NCBI GenBank assembly: GCA_903881535.1 | Contig: CAIRTT010000055.1 | Location: 1-58,391, forward strand | Source: an uncultured Armatimonadetes bacterium | GTDB taxonomy: Bacteria > Armatimonadota > Armatimonadia > Armatimonadales > Armatimonadaceae | Direction of reading: 5' to 3' | DNA: 58,391 bases | In this document: piece after piece, positions 52,448 through 58,391 of the stretch | How positions within the stretch are numbered: position 1 is the first letter of the stretch | How the letters are laid out: each line of letters starts with the position of its first letter | Notes under the pieces: generated by a model | Databases searched by the model: none | What the model saw: the letters and a program-made list of their open reading frames with translations, nothing else | Told to the model about the DNA's origin: nothing | Made by a program: the position numbers and the translations under genes

Positions 52448-54175
52448 ATGACTACAGCATATTCATCACTCCTTGGCTTGGCACTGCCAGTCACAGGAGA
52501 ACTCTCCGGCACATGGGGAGACATGGTTGACAACGGCATTACGTCGTATGTTGATATTTCTGTTGCTGGGACGGTAACATTAACAGGCGATGGCGCAGTA
52601 ACACTGTCCAACACCAACGGAACAAGTGCTGCCACCAACATCGTATCCACCCTATCAGGCGCAGGTACAGCATCAGCGCAGTTTGCCATTATCAAGGTTA
52701 CGGGTACGCTGACCACAGCCAAAGTCATTACTGCACCATCTACCAGTAAGACCTACTTGATTGTCAACTCCGCTACGGGCAGCACGGTTACTTTAAAGGC
52801 CAGTGGGCAGACGGGTATTTCCGTAGCTGTAGCTGAGACAGCCATTGCGTACTTCAACGGTACGGACTATGTTAAGGTTTCCTCGACAGTAGGCGTGTCA
52901 ACAATCACGTTTGGCTCGACGGGTTTGACACCAAGTACAGCTACTAGTGGGGCTGTAACGGTTGCAGGCACTTTGGCAACTACCAATGGCGGTACAAACT
53001 TAACATCGTTTACTTCCGGCGGGGCGGTATACGCCACTTCCACGAGTGCATTAGCTACAGGCACTTTGCCAAACACAGCGGGTGGTACGGGTCAAGCCAG
53101 CGCGTTTACTCAGTACGGCATCACTTACGCCAGCACCACAACAGCTTTAGCTACCACTGCGGCAGGTACGTCAACCACTGTTCTACACGGTAACGCTTCT
53201 GGTGCTCCGACATTTGGCGCAGTTTCACTGACTGCTGATGTTTCTGGAACCTTGCCTGTCGCTAACGGCGGCACAGGCCAAGCCACTGCGGCGGCGGCTA
53301 TTACGGCCCTGACAGGCTCACAAACAAGCGCCTACTATCTGCGCTCCAACGGCACAAACGCCACATTGTCGGCCCTTTCTGCGGCTGATTTGACAGGCAC
53401 TGTTGCTATTGCTACGGGCGGTACTGGTCAGACAACGGCGGCGGCGGCAATCACTGCGCTGACGGGAACTCAGACCTCGGCTTATTACCTTCGGTCTAAT
53501 GGCACAAACTCGGTCTTAGCGGCTTTGGCGGCGGCTGATGTGACGGGCACTTTGGCGGTGGCAAACGGCGGTACGGGTGTAACGACATCCACAGGTACAG
53601 GTTCGGTTGTTTTATCAACATCACCTACATTGGTTACGCCTTTGCTTGGCACACCGACATCGGGTGTAGCGACTAACTTAACAGGTCTGCCTTTGACCAC
53701 GGGCGTTACGGGTACTCTGCCTGTCGCTAACGGCGGTACTGGCCTTACAACCTTGACTGCGGGTTACATTCCCTACGGTAATGGCACATCGGCATTGGGC
53801 AACGAGTCCAACTTGTCCTATGACGCAACAAACAATCGTTTGGGTGTAGTCGGTACGGGTTACAGCCCTAACATCACATTGTCGGATGCTTCTACAGTCG
53901 CTTGGGACACCACAACAGGTCAAGTGGCTACCTTCACCTTTGTTTCCACAAACAGGACAATGGGAGCGCCTTCTAGCCTTGTCTCTGGTGCTTTCTATGC
54001 TCTGGCTGTGATCCAGAATGCTGGCTCTAACACACTTACTTGGAATTCAATTTTCAAGTGGACGGCTGGCGTTGCTCCTACCTTGTCCACTGCGGCATCT
54101 GCCAAAGACTATTTTGTATTCCGGTCAGACGGTACAAATTTGTATGAGCAAGGCCGTTCACAAGGTGTCGCATGA
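52448..54175 (+). CDS. tail fibre protein
   Basis: 575 aa, Thr/Gly/Ala-rich, with recurrent (LP)VANGGTG motifs and an internal 50-aa tandem duplication. Confidence 0.65.
   Translation: MTTAYSSLLGLALPVTGELSGTWGDMVDNGITSYVDISVAGTVTLTGDGAVTLSNTNGTSAATNIVSTLSGAGTASAQFAIIKVTGTLTTAKVITAPSTSKTYLIVNSATGSTVTLKASGQTGISVAVAETAIAYFNGTDYVKVSSTVGVSTITFGSTGLTPSTATSGAVTVAGTLATTNGGTNLTSFTSGGAVYATSTSALATGTLPNTAGGTGQASAFTQYGITYASTTTALATTAAGTSTTVLHGNASGAPTFGAVSLTADVSGTLPVANGGTGQATAAAAITALTGSQTSAYYLRSNGTNATLSALSAADLTGTVAIATGGTGQTTAAAAITALTGTQTSAYYLRSNGTNSVLAALAAADVTGTLAVANGGTGVTTSTGTGSVVLSTSPTLVTPLLGTPTSGVATNLTGLPLTTGVTGTLPVANGGTGLTTLTAGYIPYGNGTSALGNESNLSYDATNNRLGVVGTGYSPNITLSDASTVAWDTTTGQVATFTFVSTNRTMGAPSSLVSGAFYALAVIQNAGSNTLTWNSIFKWTAGVAPTLSTAASAKDYFVFRSDGTNLYEQGRSQGVA
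53261..53560 (+). repeat. 150-nt in-frame tandem duplication inside the tail fibre gene
   Basis: Units 53261..53410 and 53411..53560. By hand count 39 of 48 aligned residues are identical, many encoded by different codons. Confidence 0.8.
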
Positions 54176-56529
54176 CCTTCCCAGTACTCTCAGCTAACGG
54201 CCCATCGGGTTACAACTTAACCCGTTCTTTGCGTTTTCGGTCTAGCGCAAGTGCGTATTTACGTAGAGTGCCTACTTCGTCTACCAATGCCCAAAAATTC
54301 ACATTGAGTATGTGGAGAAAACTTGGCGTCTCAGAAGGAAAATATCTTGCCGCCGCAAACCAAGACACTTTGTATGTGACGTTTGATGAAATTTTAATTT
54401 CTTCTGGTAGCAATTTTATTGTAAGAAGTGGCGTGCTTGGTGTTAGCTATACATGGACTTTGACTAGCAATGCGGTGTTTCGTGACCCGTCTTCTTGGTA
54501 TCACATCGTAGTAGCCTATGATACAACTCAGGCAACTGATACCAATCGCGTAAAGGTTTGGGTAAACAACCAACAGCTTACATTTACAGGCACATATCCA
54601 GTTCAAAACTATTCAACAGCATTTGACACAACTGCCCCCCAATATCTTTCAAGCGCTGATGGATATTACGCAGAGGTTAATTGGGTTGACGGACAACAAT
54701 TAACCCCATCATCGTTTGGCTCAACCAACAGCACAACTGGCGTATGGCAACCAGCGGCGTACACAGGCACATACGGCACAAACGGGTTCTACTTGCCCTT
54801 CACGAACACCACAAGCACAACGACCTTGGGCTACGACAGTTCGGGCAACGGCAACAACTGGACAACAAATAACATCAGCCTGACTACAGGGGTCACATAC
54901 GACTCAATGATTGATGTACCGACACTGACCAGTGCGACTGCGGCTAACTACTGCACATTAAACCCTGTCAACGCATCATCGGCGGCTACATTAACCAACG
55001 GCAATTTAAAGATACGCAGTTCGGCACAAGGCACAAACTCGTTTGCAATAGGTACGATAGCCGTCCCTGCAAGCAAAATTTACTTTGAAGCAACTGCTGG
55101 CGATAACACGGGTGCGGTGGTTATTGTTCCTTTAGGTTTATATGCCATCACATCATCTGGCGGCAATTCATATACAGGGTTGTTTGACGGATGCCGATGT
55201 ATCAATGGCGATTTTGAATATGTCATTAACGGAAACCAAACATCGCTTGGCGGTGGGGGCGTAACTGCTGGCACTGTCATTGGGATGGCCTACGACCTTG
55301 TCAGCAATGTCATGTCGATCTACAGGAACGGTACTGCGGTCTTGACCAACCAAGCATTGGGCACTGCAAAAACCGCAATAATGGCTGGCGTTTATCGGGA
55401 CACATCAAATGATGTAGGTTGGGAGTTAAACTTTGGTCAGCAACCCTTTGCGTACTCTGCACCAAGCGGATACGTTGCGCTGAACACATACAACCTGCCA
55501 GCAAGCACAGTTCCAAACGGTGCGGCTTACATGGCGGCTACGCTGTACACGGGTACAGGTGCAACGCAGACAATTACAAACACGGTTGGCTCTGCTTCCT
55601 TTCAGCCTGATTTGTTTTGGGCTAAATCAAGACCAACAACTGACAATAACATTTTGTATGATTCTGTCAGAGGTGTTTCCAAGTATCTTTCCTCAAATTT
55701 AACTGTAGCCGAAGGAACCGCATCTGGTGTTACATCGTTTAACTCTAACGGAGTAACGGTAGGTAGTGACCCAGATAGTAATAGAAATGGCTATGCCTAC
55801 ATTGGCTGGCAATGGAAAGCTGGCGGCACTGCTGTATCCAACACCTCTGGCTCTATCACCTCATCTGTAAGCGCCAACACGACCAGCGGGTTCAGTGCTT
55901 TAACATTTACGTCACCATCTTCGGCTGGCAACTTTACTGTTGGGCATGGTCTTGGTGTTGCTCCACAGATGGTCATCACGAAAAGACGAGATTCAGCATC
56001 GCAATGGTGGGTGTGGAATATTGGTCTTGGCGACAATACCACTTCATATCTGTCACTAAACACTACAAATGCTGTTTTAAATGCAACAGGAATGTGGGGT
56101 TCTATTGGAAGAACAAGCTCACTGTTGGGTTTTTCAGATACATCGTTATCTACAAGCTCTACATTTGTTGTCTACTGCTTTGCCGCAATCAAAGGCTTTA
56201 GCGCATTTGGTAGCTACACGGGTAACGGGTCTACGGACGGGACGTTTGTATACACGGGGTTTAGGCCACGGTGGGTATTGGTAAAAAGCAGTAGCGCTAT
56301 TGGAAATTGGCAATTGCTTGACACTTCAAGAAGCACTTACAACGTAAGCAATGCAAATTTGTATCCAAATCTTTCTAACGCAGAAGTTAACGGCGGTAAT
56401 GAAGATATGGATATATTAAGTAATGGATTCAAACCAAGAAACGCCAGTGCTTCGTTTAACGTAAGCGGCACAACGTATGTGTACGCCGCGTTTGCCGAAA
56501 ACCCATTTTCCAACGCTTTAGCAAGGTAA
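54172..56529 (+). CDS. tail fibre / receptor-binding protein with LamG-like and SPRY-like regions
   Basis: 785 aa. Patterns are SLRFRSSASAYLRRVP...KFTLSMWRK...WYHIVVAYD (LamG-like), TLNPVNASSAATLTNGNL (SPRY-like) and LYTGTGATQTITN...FQPDLFWAKSR. Confidence 0.6.
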   Translation: MTFPVLSANGPSGYNLTRSLRFRSSASAYLRRVPTSSTNAQKFTLSMWRKLGVSEGKYLAAANQDTLYVTFDEILISSGSNFIVRSGVLGVSYTWTLTSNAVFRDPSSWYHIVVAYDTTQATDTNRVKVWVNNQQLTFTGTYPVQNYSTAFDTTAPQYLSSADGYYAEVNWVDGQQLTPSSFGSTNSTTGVWQPAAYTGTYGTNGFYLPFTNTTSTTTLGYDSSGNGNNWTTNNISLTTGVTYDSMIDVPTLTSATAANYCTLNPVNASSAATLTNGNLKIRSSAQGTNSFAIGTIAVPASKIYFEATAGDNTGAVVIVPLGLYAITSSGGNSYTGLFDGCRCINGDFEYVINGNQTSLGGGGVTAGTVIGMAYDLVSNVMSIYRNGTAVLTNQALGTAKTAIMAGVYRDTSNDVGWELNFGQQPFAYSAPSGYVALNTYNLPASTVPNGAAYMAATLYTGTGATQTITNTVGSASFQPDLFWAKSRPTTDNNILYDSVRGVSKYLSSNLTVAEGTASGVTSFNSNGVTVGSDPDSNRNGYAYIGWQWKAGGTAVSNTSGSITSSVSANTTSGFSALTFTSPSSAGNFTVGHGLGVAPQMVITKRRDSASQWWVWNIGLGDNTTSYLSLNTTNAVLNATGMWGSIGRTSSLLGFSDTSLSTSSTFVVYCFAAIKGFSAFGSYTGNGSTDGTFVYTGFRPRWVLVKSSSAIGNWQLLDTSRSTYNVSNANLYPNLSNAEVNGGNEDMDILSNGFKPRNASASFNVSGTTYVYAAFAENPFSNALAR

Positions 56530-56533
56530 CCCC

Positions 56534-57049
56534 ATGTTCGCAATCGTCCAAAACAACACCATCACTCAACTTGTACCCGAGGGCACAGCCTTCACGCTTG
56601 ATGAGGTTCAGTACCCCGCCAACTGGTGCAACCTGTCCACCCCAGAAGAAAAGACCGCTATCGGCATGGTCGATGTGATCTACGGTCAAGCACCGTCAGA
56701 CATCTATTACTGGGTAACGCAGAATGCGCCAGCCTTGGTTGACGGTCAGGTTGTAGTCACTTACACCTCAACCCCCAAGGACTTGGATCAAACCAAGGCC
56801 AACTGCAAGTCACAGATCAATGCCACGGCTTACAGCCTTCTGTTGCCTAACGACTGGATGGTAGTCAAGGCCACTGAGACAAGCACCCCGATTGATCCAG
56901 CATGGAATACATGGAGACAGTCCATCCGTGTTACAGCGGCTGATTCTGTGACTGCGGTCATGGCGGCGGCTGATATGCCAGCACTTGAAGCGGTGATGGG
57001 TAGCATCACTTGGCCTCACGATCCTGACTACATTTCACAAGTTGTATAA
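56534..57049 (+). CDS. fibre-associated protein (DUF4376-like, tentative)
   Basis: 171 aa. N-terminus is MFAIVQNNTITQLVPEG. Confidence 0.45.
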   Translation: MFAIVQNNTITQLVPEGTAFTLDEVQYPANWCNLSTPEEKTAIGMVDVIYGQAPSDIYYWVTQNAPALVDGQVVVTYTSTPKDLDQTKANCKSQINATAYSLLLPNDWMVVKATETSTPIDPAWNTWRQSIRVTAADSVTAVMAAADMPALEAVMGSITWPHDPDYISQVV

Positions 57050-57071
57050 ATAGCCATTCTGGAGTAAACGT

Positions 57072-57785
57072 ATGAAATGCGCAGCATTAATAACAGTCTT
57101 CACACTGGCCCTAACTGGTTGCGCACATGAGTACGCCGCATACGCCGAGGCCCACAAAGCCCAAGCGCAAGCACAATCAGCAAAATATGCCGCATTGGCT
57201 GAGATTGCAAAAATGGGCGACACCACTGCCAAAGTGGCCGCTGTAATGAGCATCAACGGGTTTGGTGGTGGTCAACAGCCACAAATCAACGCGCCCCGCA
57301 ACTGGGCTGACTACGCCCTGTCGTTTACTGGAGCTTTGCTACCTGTAATGGGTCAGGTCTATGCTGTACGCAGTCAGACCAACTTGGGCATCATTCAGTC
57401 TAACAATGCGACCGCGCTTGGTACTGCTCAGTCTAATAACGCCACCACTACAGCAACCAATACGGCAAACGCCTTTGCGGCAGTAGCTAACACCAGCGCC
57501 ACAGGCATGACCAGCATTGCAACTGCTGGATTTACAGCGGCTACTACCATTGCCGGAAAGATTCAAGCGCCACAGCCAAACATCACTTTGAGCGGTACTG
57601 GAGTGATCGGCAATGGAACATATACTTCAATGTCGGGTACTGGCGTTCTTGGCACTGGCACTTACACCACAACAGACACTCACGCAATCAGCACCTCCAC
57701 AAGTACCTCCACAAGTACCTCAACAAGCACAACGGCCAACCCCTCAACAAGTACTAGCCTTACCTGTACCACTGGCCCCTGTTGA
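57072..57785 (+). CDS. lipoprotein with Thr/Ser-rich C-terminal half
   Basis: Signal peptide plus lipobox MKCAALITVFTLALTGC. Also has a (ST)n run and duplicated GTGV(I/L)G(N/T)GTYT. Confidence 0.7.
   Translation: MKCAALITVFTLALTGCAHEYAAYAEAHKAQAQAQSAKYAALAEIAKMGDTTAKVAAVMSINGFGGGQQPQINAPRNWADYALSFTGALLPVMGQVYAVRSQTNLGIIQSNNATALGTAQSNNATTTATNTANAFAAVANTSATGMTSIATAGFTAATTIAGKIQAPQPNITLSGTGVIGNGTYTSMSGTGVLGTGTYTTTDTHAISTSTSTSTSTSTSTTANPSTSTSLTCTTGPC
57693..57728 (+). repeat. 12-bp tandem repeat x3 encoding the TSTS run
   Basis: Units are acctccacaagt, acctccacaagt and acctcaacaagc. Confidence 0.8.
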
Positions 57786-57866
57786 TCGTTGCGTCCGATG
57801 GGCGTGGGCTGGTGATGTGTACCACAGGATTGTGTGGTGTCTTGAGTGGAAAAGGGTTGAAAAAAA

Positions 57867-58355
57867 ATGATCGACCCAATAACCATTGGCGCTGCGTTTG
57901 CGATAGCCAAGAGCACGATTGCTGGCGTCAAAGAAGCCATCAAGCTCGGCAAAGACATTCAGGAATGCTCTGGTGATCTGCTTAAGTTCTTTGAGCACAG
58001 GGACACGGTAGCCAAAGCTGCGGTGCTGGAGAGGAAGAAACCCGGTTCAGAGTTTACCCAAGCGGCCAGTGCTGTGTTTCAGGCAAGGGCATTACGGCAG
58101 GCCGAGAAAGAATTGAAAGAGCAGTTGATTTACTCCGGCAACGGGGATGTGTGGGAAGCGATTCAAGCCGAGTACAACCTGATTGTTGCCCGGCGTAAGC
58201 GGGAAGAACGTGAAGCGGAGGCTAAAGCCAAACTGAAACGGGAAAATCTGGCGGAGACAGTAAACATTTTGTTGATTGGGCTTGTCTCTATTCTTGCCGC
58301 AGGCTTTGTTGGCTGGGGAACGCTGGAATTTATTATGTACAAGTTGAAGAACTAA
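57867..58355 (+). CDS. coiled-coil protein with C-terminal transmembrane anchor
   Basis: 162 aa. Has a charged helical region (RRKREEREAEAKAKLKRE) and then ILLIGLVSILAAGFVGWGTL. The N-terminus ITIGAAFAIA is mildly hydrophobic. Confidence 0.6.
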   Translation: MIDPITIGAAFAIAKSTIAGVKEAIKLGKDIQECSGDLLKFFEHRDTVAKAAVLERKKPGSEFTQAASAVFQARALRQAEKELKEQLIYSGNGDVWEAIQAEYNLIVARRKREEREAEAKAKLKRENLAETVNILLIGLVSILAAGFVGWGTLEFIMYKLKN

Positions 58356-58391
58356 CATGGCAGAGGAAAAACTGGACTCTACGCTTGAAAA
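58264..58391. repeat. terminal overlap, copy 2 (identical to 1..128)
   Basis: Exact 128-nt match to the start of the window. Confidence 0.9.

Noticed and set aside
51647-56529. Diversity-generating retroelement targeting the fibre genes, suggested by the repeats and by BPP-1-like gene content.
   Set aside because: I recognise no reverse-transcriptase ORF anywhere in the genome, and I found no template/variable repeat pair with adenine-specific differences.
57072-57785. Unimolecular spanin (u-spanin) assignment for the lipoprotein.
   Set aside because: A u-spanin needs a C-terminal transmembrane helix. This protein ends in a hydrophilic Thr/Ser/Pro/Cys tail.

Overview
The window is a complete, circularly closed dsDNA tailed-phage genome. 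Bases 1..128 repeat exactly at 58264..58391, leaving about 58,263 unique bp. Gene content looks podovirus-like: I recognise no tape measure, sheath or tube protein, and there are several virion proteins of 800-1150 aa. I saw no integrase, tRNA, CRISPR array or reverse transcriptase.

There are five transcription blocks:
1. (+) 94..15987: lysis cassette (holin-like protein, secreted SNase-type nuclease, GH19 endolysin), then large virion or ejection-type proteins.
2. (-) 16064..18231: SNF2 helicase plus PD-(D/E)XK nuclease.
3. (+) 18320..25265: replication module (AEP primase, SF1 helicase, family A DNA polymerase).
4. (-) 25336..29587: about 19 tiny ORFs, mostly joined by ATGA overlaps.
5. (+) 30131..58355: terS, VRR-NUC nuclease, an accessory cassette array, terL, a 1126-aa SLT-domain protein, portal, GroES-like protein, scaffold, capsid, neck, fibres and a lipoprotein.

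The most unusual features are:
- 31.4-35.5 kb: an array of self-contained promoter / hairpin / conserved-leader mini-cassettes sits between terS and terL. The leader core is AGAAAGGATAG. The 5'-UTR stem-loops covary, and three units share a composite AAATACAATGG-N23-TATAAT element.
- 33017..33356: a repeat- and palindrome-dense noncoding stretch.
- 29588..30130: a 540-bp divergent control region with iteron-like repeats and a 22-bp inverted repeat.

All family names come from motif recognition by eye. No database search was run.
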